A DNA stretch of 64,000 bases from a virus: the IMG/VR virus record IMGVR_UViG_3300045988_138996, positions 165,775-229,774 of that record. One strand, written 5' to 3'. Below are positions 28,924 to 37,709 of this stretch, in pieces. How positions within the stretch are numbered: position 1 is the stretch's first letter; each line of letters begins with the position of its first letter. Below the pieces are notes generated by a model. The model searched no databases, was not told the DNA's origin, and worked only from the letters and a program-made list of their open reading frames with translations. The translations under genes were made by a program, and so were the position numbers.

Positions 28924-30093
28924 ATGAAAAAACAATATCTAGTAGAAAAATTAACAAAAGAAACTGTTAAACAATTTGAGTCCTACACTGAGGGCTCATT
29001 TGGAGGCACTGGTATAGATGCCGCCATTCTTGCTGATGGTAGAGTTGCATATGATAAATATGTATTCTCTGCTAAAGCAAATAGCTTAGCAAAGAACATG
29101 AGCAAAGTAATTAAGTCTTTAAAGATGTCTGGAGATTCTGACTCCAGATATCTTAGAGGTGCAGGTGATACTGTATGGATGTTTTCTCAAGGCATTCTTG
29201 CAGATGATGAAGTATTGGTAACAAATAAACGTTTGTTGCAACATGGCGAAGCATATGTTGTACGTTTCCCTCATAGCGCAAGAAGTGAATTTGCACACGT
29301 TCGTATGCTCGGCAAAGCTGAGTATATCGAACGTATTGAAGAAAGCGACTTAAAGCCCGCATTTAAGATGTTGGCAATTGAAGTTGCTAAAAGCTTACCA
29401 GAAACAACTTTCTTATGTTCTGGTAGTTCTGTATTTAAAGGTTTAACTGGTGGATCTGATTTCGATACAGATGGCTTTATGTTCCTAGTTGGCGAGGATG
29501 CTCAAATCTTCGCTGACTGGAAACAAAGATCTGTCGATATTCCAGACGATATCGGTGAAGCTTCTTCTGTTACTTTTAATAATTTCTCTGAGCTAATGGA
29601 AGGCGTATTTAACGCTAACATTAGTACAGGTAACACAGACGTTGGTGAGTTTTGTGTCGCGACAAGCACAGCAATCACAGTATTGCAAAACTTGGACAAT
29701 GCAGAACTTATTAAAAAATTGCAAGAAAACATTGCTAAAGAATTTGGTAATGAATTCGATGGCAACGTAGAATATTCTCGTTATTATGTTGGTGATGAAG
29801 ATATTGCAATGGAGGACGTGCGTAATGCTAAAATTGAAAGCATTACAATGTCTTTCGTTGCGTCTGATCGCAGTGCAGAATCTATTAAAGCATATTTAGA
29901 AGATGTGCTAGAAGCTGCACCTGCAGTAATTGGCATGATTATAGATAGTGCTAAAACAGGCTTAAAGGTGTGGGATCCATTAAGCTTCTTGTTCGACGGC
30001 ATCAAACAAGCACGTCGATCTGCTCCTCCTAAAATTAAGTGGAACGAAGAAGAATCTAAATTCTTCGTAGAGGAGGATAGCAGAGTTAAATAA
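28924..30093 (+). CDS. Putative catalytic (second-barrel, DxDxD) subunit of a split YonO/RdRP-like RNA polymerase
   Basis: agaggaga SD. GEAYVVRFPHSARSEF, TGGSDFDTDGFMFLVGED and IIDSAKTGLKV occur in the same order as the RNPxxHPGD, sGsDLDGDxyxvxWD and AVDFPKTG motifs. Confidence 0.7.
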   Translation: MKKQYLVEKLTKETVKQFESYTEGSFGGTGIDAAILADGRVAYDKYVFSAKANSLAKNMSKVIKSLKMSGDSDSRYLRGAGDTVWMFSQGILADDEVLVTNKRLLQHGEAYVVRFPHSARSEFAHVRMLGKAEYIERIEESDLKPAFKMLAIEVAKSLPETTFLCSGSSVFKGLTGGSDFDTDGFMFLVGEDAQIFADWKQRSVDIPDDIGEASSVTFNNFSELMEGVFNANISTGNTDVGEFCVATSTAITVLQNLDNAELIKKLQENIAKEFGNEFDGNVEYSRYYVGDEDIAMEDVRNAKIESITMSFVASDRSAESIKAYLEDVLEAAPAVIGMIIDSAKTGLKVWDPLSFLFDGIKQARRSAPPKIKWNEEESKFFVEEDSRVK

Positions 30094-30139
30094 TTAATTC
30101 ATTGTGCGACCGACACGTTAATCCGGCAAGGAGTTCAAA

Positions 30140-31099
30140 ATGAAAAAACAACAAGAGGTTATTTATTTAAAAGATACAATGTACGAATTACAGTTAGAGG
30201 CTGCAGTTCGTGCAGTAGAGGAAATTAATGTTGTACTAGAAGCTAATGGTATCGCAGGTAATATTGAAAAGTTGCCAGCTAAAGGCTTCTTTGATACATA
30301 CAACAAAATCTGCGCAGATTTGAGCAAGTCCGAATCTATCGATATCAAAGGCTTAGATATCGAAGGTAACTTTAGCAAAGCTAAAGAATACATTGCGAAC
30401 ACTATTCGCATGTATTTAGGCGATGCGGAAGACAAATATGAAGCCGCTAAAAACAGTGGCTTCAATTTTGCCAGCTCTGTATTAGAGTACGAGCTTGTAA
30501 TGAACAGTATCACAAGTGGTGCTATCTGGCGCAGAAAAAATGGGGAACAAGATTTAGCAAGTTCTCCATTAATGAAAGACATCGATGTGTTCTGCATCGA
30601 TCCTTCCAACAACAACATTCTTGACGGCGATCAAGTGGTGTTTGAAAACGGTCGTTCTTTAGATGGCCGTTTCTTCACATCTACTTCTGTTACTGGTGTG
30701 CAACCAGTGTTTAGAAGAGAAGATGGTGGTCTGTTCATCGTTGTTCATATTCTCGAAACATTAGAGGCGCCTACAGAAGAACCTATCTTCGCTGTTCGTA
30801 GTAGCGATAGTGAAAATGTATCCAAAAATATTTTCTTGGCGCAAGAAAAGGGTTATAAATTCTTCTTGCTTCCTAATAGTAAAGGGAAGCAAGGAGACGG
30901 TTTGTATGTAGAATCTATGAAAGAAGGCTCTGCAGGTAAACTTATTAAGATCATCTCCTGTGAAATTGTAGGAGATAAAACTTTTATTTCTCACTTCTGT
31001 GGCGAAGTAAAAGTTGACGATGTGTTATTCAACGTAATTAAGAAAGATGGTTACGGTGAAGATATTAAGTCTGCCACATTGTTGTTACGTAAAGCATAG
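30140..31099 (+). CDS. Hypothetical protein (319 aa), possible polymerase accessory factor
   Basis: aaggag SD. Same operon and composition as the polymerase ORFs. No motif recognised. Confidence 0.6.
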   Translation: MKKQQEVIYLKDTMYELQLEAAVRAVEEINVVLEANGIAGNIEKLPAKGFFDTYNKICADLSKSESIDIKGLDIEGNFSKAKEYIANTIRMYLGDAEDKYEAAKNSGFNFASSVLEYELVMNSITSGAIWRRKNGEQDLASSPLMKDIDVFCIDPSNNNILDGDQVVFENGRSLDGRFFTSTSVTGVQPVFRREDGGLFIVVHILETLEAPTEEPIFAVRSSDSENVSKNIFLAQEKGYKFFLLPNSKGKQGDGLYVESMKEGSAGKLIKIISCEIVGDKTFISHFCGEVKVDDVLFNVIKKDGYGEDIKSATLLLRKA

Positions 31100-31230
31100 T
31101 AGCAGATCCCCCTTCGGGGCCCGCTAGGGATTAAGGCAAAGAATAATAAACATCTCTCTTCAATCCTTAACGGTTGTCCCGTCTTTTTTATTTTTTTATA
31201 GGGCGTGAACTCTGCTATCTAAGGATAGTA

Positions 31231-31248
31231 GGGCTCCGCTCCGAAATC
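31231..31248 (+). promoter_or_regulatory. Class A hairpin-GAAATC motif, copy a (candidate promoter/5' leader)
   Basis: gggc-TCC-gctc (one G-T pair) then c-GAAATC. Followed by a GAGGG..CCCTC hairpin. 80 nt before ATG 31328. Confidence 0.7.
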
Positions 31249-31327
31249 TTTTACGAGGGTATTTGGCCCTCAGTATTTTATATTCATGGCGACCGTTCCA
31301 TGTAAAAATACCGGCAGAGGAGATATC

Positions 31328-31648
31328 ATGAAATTAGTATCTAATGTTAATTACAAAAAAAATGACGTATTCAACTTATTCGTTCTTTTAAATAAAATGG
31401 ACGGATTTTTCGTCGGCGAGCCAATTGAAGGCATTCAAGCCGACGTAACTCAAATTTCCTTTGAAGATAACGATAATTTGTTTATCGTTATCGAAACATA
31501 TTTCAACGGTAAAAAGTTGAGAACATTTTATTTCGATTTCAGTGGCAAAGAAATTTCCACCGAAGTACGTACAGAGGACGTGACTATAGCGTCCAAAGTA
31601 TTATCTCAATTAGAAGAAGACTTCGCAGATTACTGCGAAGAATTATAG
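31328..31648 (+). CDS. Hypothetical protein
   Basis: agaggaga SD before ATG 31328 (the track's 31286 start runs through the leader motif). Confidence 0.6.
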   Translation: MKLVSNVNYKKNDVFNLFVLLNKMDGFFVGEPIEGIQADVTQISFEDNDNLFIVIETYFNGKKLRTFYFDFSGKEISTEVRTEDVTIASKVLSQLEEDFADYCEEL

Positions 31649-31660
31649 GAGGAATTTACC

Positions 31661-32032
31661 ATGAAATATAAATACGATGGTAAAAAATACTGTGTTTCTA
31701 ATTTTCTGGATAATGATAATTTATTGTCTCGTCAAGTTTGGCACTCTTTGAGTGCTAAGCCTGGCGAAGGCAAAAATTTAACAGTTCAAAAAGTAAAGGA
31801 GCATACAGTTGTGTGCTCTTATTTCACTTATGACAGAGGTGCTCAAGACTTTGTTGAAGTCATGGAAGAATACCCAATGGAAGATGTTGCTCTCACTGGA
31901 GATGCGGCAGTATCGTTAGAGTTTAATAAGATATTAAGCTCTTTAAATACTGAAACAGCAGAATTATTAGAAGACTTAGTGTCTTATAAAGAACATTCTG
32001 CTGCTATAGCAGGATATAATGGCTGTATTTAA
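31661..32032 (+). CDS. Hypothetical protein
   Basis: aggagg SD. Confidence 0.65.
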   Translation: MKYKYDGKKYCVSNFLDNDNLLSRQVWHSLSAKPGEGKNLTVQKVKEHTVVCSYFTYDRGAQDFVEVMEEYPMEDVALTGDAAVSLEFNKILSSLNTETAELLEDLVSYKEHSAAIAGYNGCI

Positions 32033-32038
32033 TATATT

Positions 32039-32090
32039 AAGCTTTAGTTATGGATTATATTATATCTGTAGCTAAAGCTTTATTTTTTTA
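32039..32090 (+). terminator. Rho-independent terminator
   Basis: aagctttag/ctaaagctt 9-10 bp stem, then tattttttt. Confidence 0.7.
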
Positions 32091-32102
32091 TAAATATTGT
32101 TC

Positions 32103-32266
32103 GGTGACAGGTGTCCGCCCTATTATATATTTATTAGTATAGTGTTGGATAATACTATAATACTAATAAGAGAGGGCGGCACCGTATTCGACTTCCGACG
32201 CTTGCAACGTTTCGCTATCGCTTAGGCGTTGCTGCGTCTCTGGTCGTCGAATACTCACCTGTCACC
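32103..32266. other. Y-shaped (three-way junction) structured element, about 164 nt
   Basis: Perfect 11-bp closing stem ggtgacaggtg/cacctgtcacc. Arm 1 ccgccct..agggcgg (32115-32179). Arm 2 gtattcgac..gtcgaatac (32184-32254), containing a nested gacgc..gcgtc helix. Confidence 0.6.
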
Positions 32267-32373
32267 TTTGTCTTAATTTCGGCAGTGTCCCTTCGGGTCT
32301 TTACTGCGGAATATATTCTTTCTTGTGTTATTTAGCCGATCCGGCGGTAGTAGTTTACTAGTGTGTTCTGTAT

Positions 32374-32392
32374 GACGCTCCGCGTCGAAATT
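32374..32392 (+). promoter_or_regulatory. Class A hairpin-GAAATT motif, copy b
   Basis: gacgc-TCC-gcgtc then GAAATT. Followed by a TGAGGG..CCCTCA hairpin. 58 nt before ATG 32450. Confidence 0.7.
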
Positions 32393-32449
32393 ATTTATGA
32401 GGGTATTTTCCCTCATTTTTCTTTTATTATTCATAGGAGGAGAAAAACT

Positions 32450-32854
32450 ATGAAAACCGTTAAAGTTATTAAAGTTGATATGCCTTGTCAAAAAAGAAGA
32501 AATCCTATTCTTGATGTTATTAAGGTTGAAGTTAAAAAGGTTGAAGAGCCTGTTAAGGACAAGTTCTTGAGCCATCCGTTATTTAAAGATTATTTTGTTC
32601 GTGAAGCTGGAGTATTTGCTCCAGAAACCGAATGCTGGAGATTTTCTGTTCCTGGTCATGATGATATGGAAGTTTCTGTAATCAGAAGTTCTATGACTTA
32701 TGGAGGCAGTAAGGGACTGTTTGAACTAGCCATGTTGCGTAACGACAAGTGTTGTTATGACACACCTATTACTAATGATGTACGTGGCTGGTTAGAAGTT
32801 GAAGATGTGTTGGACATTCTAGAAGATGTTCAACGCATTTACGAGGAGGCGTAG
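32450..32854 (+). CDS. Hypothetical protein
   Basis: aggagg SD before ATG 32450 (the track's 32363 start runs through the leader motif). Confidence 0.65.
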   Translation: MKTVKVIKVDMPCQKRRNPILDVIKVEVKKVEEPVKDKFLSHPLFKDYFVREAGVFAPETECWRFSVPGHDDMEVSVIRSSMTYGGSKGLFELAMLRNDKCCYDTPITNDVRGWLEVEDVLDILEDVQRIYEEA

Positions 32855-32855
32855 C

Positions 32856-33143
32856 ATGAAATTCATACTTTTCGGTGAGGCTATGCCGAAAACCGAATTT
32901 AATGCTGTGGACTGCTACCACGCGTTAGAATACGCTTTGGGCACCTTCTTCAAGGATTGTGTCGTTGCAGAAAATGTGACATCACTTGAAGAAGGCGTCG
33001 TAGCGGTCTGTATTCGTTCATGGGCAAATATCGGTTCTGAAGAAGAGCCGGTGTCATATGAACGGCATCCGGTGTATTTGCTAGAAGAGGCAAGATATAA
33101 CAAATTATCGCCTCATACTCTAGCAATCATAACTGGAGAATAG
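32856..33143 (+). CDS. Hypothetical protein
   Basis: gaggagg SD. ATG lies 1 nt after the upstream TAG. Confidence 0.6.
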   Translation: MKFILFGEAMPKTEFNAVDCYHALEYALGTFFKDCVVAENVTSLEEGVVAVCIRSWANIGSEEEPVSYERHPVYLLEEARYNKLSPHTLAIITGE

Positions 33144-33221
33144 CCCCCCGCCGGGGCTAAACCTTCTACGGGGTACTATGTCGACATTTACGGCATGGTA
33201 CTCCTGTTGAAGTTTTTGTTT

Positions 33222-33240
33222 GCGACTCCGTCGCGAAATT
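33222..33240 (+). promoter_or_regulatory. Class A hairpin-GAAATT motif, copy c
   Basis: gcgac-TCC-gtcgc then GAAATT. Followed by a GAGGC..GCCTC hairpin. 56 nt before ATG 33296. Confidence 0.7.
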
Positions 33241-33295
33241 TTTCACGAGGCAATTTCGCCTCACATTCGTTATTCTACATGGAAGGAGAAAAGTT

Positions 33296-33457
33296 ATGCC
33301 AGTAGAAACAGTTTATAATTATCATTTAATAGATGTTGATAGAGAAATGTTCTCCGTTACAACATCTGATACTACTTCCGAAGTACTCAGAGAGTACCAA
33401 GGTTATGTATTAGTCGAAAGAGAAGTAATAGGCTATAGAGCAATCTTAGCCGACTAA
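33296..33457 (+). CDS. Small protein (53 aa), below the ORF-track cutoff
   Basis: ggaaggaga SD. ATG 33296 to TAA 33455-33457, read by hand: MPVETVYNYHLIDVDREMFSVTTSDTTSEVLREYQGYVLVEREVIGYRAILAD. Confidence 0.55.
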   Translation: MPVETVYNYHLIDVDREMFSVTTSDTTSEVLREYQGYVLVEREVIGYRAILAD

Positions 33458-33462
33458 TAATG

Positions 33463-33500
33463 AGGTGCTGGTAAGAAATTGCCGGCACCTTGCTTTAATT
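33463..33500 (+). terminator. Hairpin, weak terminator
   Basis: aggtgctgg/ccggcacct stem with one G-U pair; the T-tract is poor. Confidence 0.4.
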
Positions 33501-33542
33501 TAGTATTTAATATTTCATTATAAACATGAGGAGGATATTATC

Positions 33543-33689
33543 ATGTTAAAGAAACAATTCGTACAATGGCTTAATTCTTTTTACGCGGAATACCCTGTAA
33601 CATTCCGCGTGTTCTGGTTCCTAGTGGGCTGGACTGTAGGCAGTGCAGTAAAGATGGCAGTGTTGCAACATCGCCTTAACAAACGCTAG
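33543..33689 (+). CDS. Small hydrophobic protein (48 aa), below the ORF-track cutoff
   Basis: gaggagga SD. MLKKQFVQWLNSFYAEYPVTFRVFWFLVGWTVGSAVKMAVLQHRLNKR, one TM-like segment. Confidence 0.55.
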   Translation: MLKKQFVQWLNSFYAEYPVTFRVFWFLVGWTVGSAVKMAVLQHRLNKR

Positions 33690-33729
33690 GCGATAGAAGG
33701 TTTCGCTGGAGGGTTAACTTCTGAAGTTT

Positions 33730-33747
33730 CCCCTCCGGGGCGAAATC
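33730..33747 (+). promoter_or_regulatory. Class A hairpin-GAAATC motif, copy d
   Basis: cccc-TCC-gggg then c-GAAATC. Followed by a tgaccct..agggtca hairpin and a T-rich run. Its left arm can alternatively pair with upstream ggaggg. Confidence 0.6.
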
Positions 33748-33920
33748 TCCTGTGACCCTCTATTAATAGCTAGGGTCATATTTATTTTTATTATAAAGCT
33801 TTATATAAGCTACCGTAGGTGCTATGTACTCATAATACCTCCCTTTAATAAGATACACAACAACCTAATGTGCATCTACGGTAGTTGATATAAGGTTTTA
33901 TATACCTTACGAGATTGAGA

Positions 33921-33938
33921 GGGCTCCGCCCCGAAATC
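33921..33938 (+). promoter_or_regulatory. Class A hairpin-GAAATC motif, copy e
   Basis: gggc-TCC-gccc then c-GAAATC. Followed by about 200 nt of stacked hairpins before ATG 34143. Confidence 0.7.
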
Positions 33939-34142
33939 TTTCATGGGGCCTTCTGTGTGGAGGTCCCTTTCATACTTTTCTCCTCTTCTCCAGTAGTTAG
34001 GTCTGCTGGAGATATGAGGGCTAGATGAGCATTGACTTATCTAGCCTTGATATCTCTTGCAAGTGTGTGTTGATGCAAGAGGAGATTTTATTTTCACTAT
34101 GGCACGTGAAGCCATAGTACTTTTAAGAAGGAGGACATTACA

Positions 34143-34859
34143 ATGTCTAAGAAAACAGCTTTCGCAACAATTACTGCATTTTTATTCGGTTCCAATGCTA
34201 ACGGCTGGAGCCAAATGCTATCAGCAGTAGTAGCTGGTAAAAATGGTGTGCGTGACACCAAACCAACTCACGTAACAGTAGCAGGTCAAAGCTACGTAGG
34301 TCAAGGTATTGACGCATTAGCACAGTTGTTGGAACTGTTCGCCAACAAATCTGTGAATTATGCACGTTTTACAGCAGAGGTTATTACATCCGATGCTGTA
34401 GCAATTCGTGCATACAGCATTATGAAAGGCTTGAAAGATGGTTTAACACCTGCAAAGGTTGCTGACCATGTAATGAAACAAGCCGACTCTGCGGAAGACC
34501 GCGAGTGCTTTAAACGTTTCGCAATGGCGTTGAAAGATTGCCAACAACAAAACGTGATGCTTCGTATCTCCCGCTTGTCTCAAGAGCACAGCTATGCTCT
34601 TGAAATCCCCGAAGGCGTAGAAGTAAACGCCGGGGATATTATCAAGTTCGACCGTGGCGTGTCTGAAGATGGCGTGAAGTTGGCATATGGAGTGCAATCC
34701 AGCTACGCTTATGAATTAGCTAAGGTCAATGATGAGCTTAAAGCTCTCAGACCTAAAAACACTCCAAACAGCAAGCATCGTATGGCTTGCATTAATGGTA
34801 CTCTTAATCTCATTCGTGAGATTAAGGCTGAAGAAGTGTCTGCAGAAGACCTTATCTAA
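34143..34859 (+). CDS. Hypothetical protein (238 aa), probably highly expressed
   Basis: aaggagg SD at optimal spacing. Own leader and own terminator. Confidence 0.7.
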   Translation: MSKKTAFATITAFLFGSNANGWSQMLSAVVAGKNGVRDTKPTHVTVAGQSYVGQGIDALAQLLELFANKSVNYARFTAEVITSDAVAIRAYSIMKGLKDGLTPAKVADHVMKQADSAEDRECFKRFAMALKDCQQQNVMLRISRLSQEHSYALEIPEGVEVNAGDIIKFDRGVSEDGVKLAYGVQSSYAYELAKVNDELKALRPKNTPNSKHRMACINGTLNLIREIKAEEVSAEDLI

Positions 34860-34863
34860 CATT

Positions 34864-34888
34864 GGGGGCATTAGCCCCCTTTATTTTT
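34864..34888 (+). terminator. Rho-independent terminator
   Basis: gggggc-atta-gccccc followed by tttattttt. Confidence 0.8.
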
Positions 34889-34910
34889 ATTAATAAAGAG
34901 GAGGCCCACA

Positions 34911-35408
34911 ATGGCAACTTTTAATCTTAAACACGCAAATCCTGAAGTTATTAGTTATATGGCTGAAAAAATTCAGGTAGAATATCAAGGTACCGTTGAA
35001 GAAATCGACGGCGGTATTAAAGTAGAATGTTCTGACGAACATTTAAAAGACATTACGGACGCTTTTTCTAGAGTGAAACGTAATACTACAGTTTCAGGCT
35101 GGACTAAAACAGCCACTAAGTTTATTGGTCGTCAGACCAATACTATTAAAGACGCTGGCATCGGTGCCGTAGGCCTAGGTGCTAAAGGTTTGTTCGGAGG
35201 CTTGAAAAAGGTATCCGAATTGGCTATGGGTGCGACTAGTGTTATTATCAATGAAGGTAAAGAAGCTTGGAAAGAAGCTAGCGTTAGCGATGAGCTTCGT
35301 AACTTGAAGAAGAGCTTCGGCAGTACTGGTAGCGATGAAGAAGGCATTGAAATCATTAAAGATAATGCTGAAACTACTGTAAATAAAACTGCCGGTGCAG
35401 AAGGCTAA
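34911..35408 (+). CDS. Hypothetical protein with a Gly-rich central segment
   Basis: agaggagg SD. GIGAVGLGAKGLFGGLKK segment. Confidence 0.65.
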   Translation: MATFNLKHANPEVISYMAEKIQVEYQGTVEEIDGGIKVECSDEHLKDITDAFSRVKRNTTVSGWTKTATKFIGRQTNTIKDAGIGAVGLGAKGLFGGLKKVSELAMGATSVIINEGKEAWKEASVSDELRNLKKSFGSTGSDEEGIEIIKDNAETTVNKTAGAEG

Positions 35409-35606
35409 TAATTTCTGCGGACGATTGCTATTAACCGTCGGTAAATATTAATAGCATATAGCCCTAGTTGTCGAGAGCGAGTGGGACGACAACCTTATTC
35501 CGACCCTTAAAAGATGTTCTTGGTCGGGCTAATAAGATATGAACATCTAAGGTTTATAAGCGGGTGATGTCTGACGCTTATAATCTAAAATGCAGACATC
35601 ATAATA

Positions 35607-35660
35607 GGGTTTAGTCTAGAGGGGCAGGATTTGCTCTCCTAGGCTAAACCTTTATTTTTT
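35607..35660 (+). terminator. Long imperfect hairpin plus T-run closing the G+C-rich island
   Basis: ggtttag..ctaaacc outer stem with inner G-U pairs that work only on the + strand, then tttatttttt. Confidence 0.7.
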
Positions 35661-35887
35661 CTTATGTTGAATATACATTTAGGTGATACTGTCGTTACAG
35701 CGTTAGCTAAATGTATATTTTTTTATAATTCGCGAAAAGCATATCGCCTCAGTACGTATGGCGTAATTCGGGTGTTAGCTTTAGCGAAAGTCCATTTTTT
35801 TGGACACTTTTGGCAGTGGGCTAATTTTTTTAGTGACTGCTTTTTTTATCGGAACGATTACGTTTCCGATCGCCAAGAATTATTAAG

Positions 35888-36444
35888 GAGCGAGCGTCAG
35901 CGAGCGACTGTATATTATTTTATATATAGTAAGCCCGAGCGAAGCGAGGGCGTATATATCAAGTTCTCTGTGTACTCTCTTCTAAAGAGAGTAGTTTTGT
36001 ATTTATTTAGTATAGTCTAAGGCGAGCGAAGCGAGCCGTATATTCTTTGTTTACTTTCTTTTTAAGAAAGTAATTATGTTTATTATTTATTATTAGTAGT
36101 TCTCTGCTGTCTCTCTTGTAAAGAGAGTAGTTATATTATTAGTATTTTATATGTATAGATTCTCTGTTATCTCTCTTATCAAGAGAGTAATTAGTTATTT
36201 TATATATATGTATCATAATAGTATTAACGCAGCGAGCGAAGCGAGCGGAGTATGTATTATGTAGTATGTAGTTATTCCCGAAGAACGAGGAACGCTAGTG
36301 ACGAGTGAATTGTAGTGTCCTAGCGTAAGCGACGATCATAAGAGTATATATTGTATATTATATATAGGGCGAGCGAGGGGAGCGTCAGCGACCGGAGCGA
36401 GCATAGTATTATTATATAATATATTATAGGGAGCATAGCGACCG
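35888..36444 (+). repeat. Cluster of GCGA-rich boxes each followed by (G)GTATAT
   Basis: GAGCGAAGCGAG is exact at 35936-35947, 36023-36034 and 36233-36244. Related agcgagcgtcagcgagcgac (35888-35907), gcgagcgaggggagcgtcagcgaccggagcgagc (36367-36400) and gagcatagcgaccgg (36430-36444). All are followed by GTATAT, AGTATG or AGTATT. Confidence 0.7.
35961..36190 (+). repeat. Three copies of a ~45-nt hairpin repeat plus one unrelated 10-bp hairpin
   Basis: TTCTCTG-N-CTCTCTT-loop-AAGAGAGTA at about 35961-35995, 36098-36130 and 36158-36190. ttactttctt/aagaaagtaa hairpin at 36050-36072. Confidence 0.7.
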
Positions 36445-37709
36445 GAGTATATATATAGTCTTATAGGAGCTAGATAGGCCAATAAGGATTGGTGAATATT
36501 TAGTATATCGTGATATAGTATATCGTATTATACTATAGTAGTATATAGTAAATATGTGAGATCCTTATTTACAGTAAAAAGAAAAATTCGGCCTTGAAAA
36601 TTTACAGGTCGTAGACCGGAAAATTTTAAGTATTTTCCGCCCGGGGATATCTATATCATATATATAGTATAAGAAGGAACGTAGTGACTGGTAGATATAT
36701 ATTATGTTAATAATATAGTATATTTTCTGCCGTCGGTATTTTGTTAAAAGAGAGACTACTATATATAATAATTTCCGCCTAGGATATTATGGTTTATATA
36801 TAATATGTTTTTAGTTAATGTTTTTCCTGTATGCATACGCATACAGATATTAAAAACTTTTAGGGTGGGATATCTTATAATAATATTGAACGTCAGTGAA
36901 ATGTTATTATAGATTTAAATCTATATTAGATATAATTTTAATGAGAGCTATTAATGTGAAGAATAGGGAGCGCCGCGAATCTATTCAGCTATTAAAATTC
37001 TTAGTCGACACGATAGTATAGTATGGTAGAGATCGTGTCGATAGGTTACGAGTGCTAACGAGTTATATGTAGAATTCGTTGAGATGAAGGATGTTATCGA
37101 TGAGCCCGCGAAGAGAAACATCGTTCTTTAGAATTCGTAACAATATATCTAATGCGTTTGTGTATTATCAATATATATCAAGAAAATATATACTGATGTG
37201 TTTGAGTGAAGCTTGCGAAAAGAAAAACGCAATCAATTTTTATATATCGTAACGAAGCCCGTAAGGGTTCGTATTAGTATTATATATAGCTTATGAATAT
37301 AAGCGTATGTATATAACTATTAATACGAATTATACCAAAGTATTAGAAGTTAGTAAGCGTCTAATAAGTAGGTGGTTTTTGTTTGGGATCCGCCGTTATC
37401 TTAGTATTTCATTTACTAGCTAAGGTATTTAAAAGTCCCTTGCGTTTATTTTAGTCGAGTTATTTTATATATAATATTATATATAATAATAACGAAGAGC
37501 CATTACTGTTAAGAATGGATAGTAGACGAAATTGGGAACGGGCCCCAATAATAGTTATTATATTCTCTTAGAGAATATATAACGTCAATGGTTCGTCGTG
37601 TACGATCCTTTTCGAGTTTCGCAGAAAATTACGTAAGTAAGAGTTTGTAGCATTTGTAAAATGGGACAACATTTTGTTAGTATTCTCGCTATGTTACACA
37701 TAGCGACAC

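Noticed and set aside
28106-30994. Minus-strand ORFs within the island (28106-28507, 29153-29362, 29502-29765, 29784-30005, 30163-30618, 30761-30994)
   Set aside because: All lie antisense inside + strand CDSs that have strong SDs and recognisable polymerase motifs. None has its own ribosome-binding site.
32273-32575. Minus-strand 100-aa ORF
   Set aside because: It overlaps class A motif b, the GGAGG site and the 5' end of + strand CDS 32450-32854. It has no SD and an odd composition.
35664-36020. Plus-strand 118-aa ORF in the ORF-free region
   Set aside because: It has no SD, starts inside the terminator T-tract, and reads straight through the GCGA boxes and hairpin repeats (giving SERQRATV, PERSEGV). 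Its composition is unlike neighbouring genes.
35888-36444. Possible CRISPR array (repeated GCGAGCGAAGCGAG boxes)
   Set aside because: The repeats are only 12-20 nt, are degenerate and are irregularly spaced (86, 210, about 130, about 60 nt). There is no constant repeat-spacer periodicity and no cas genes in the window.
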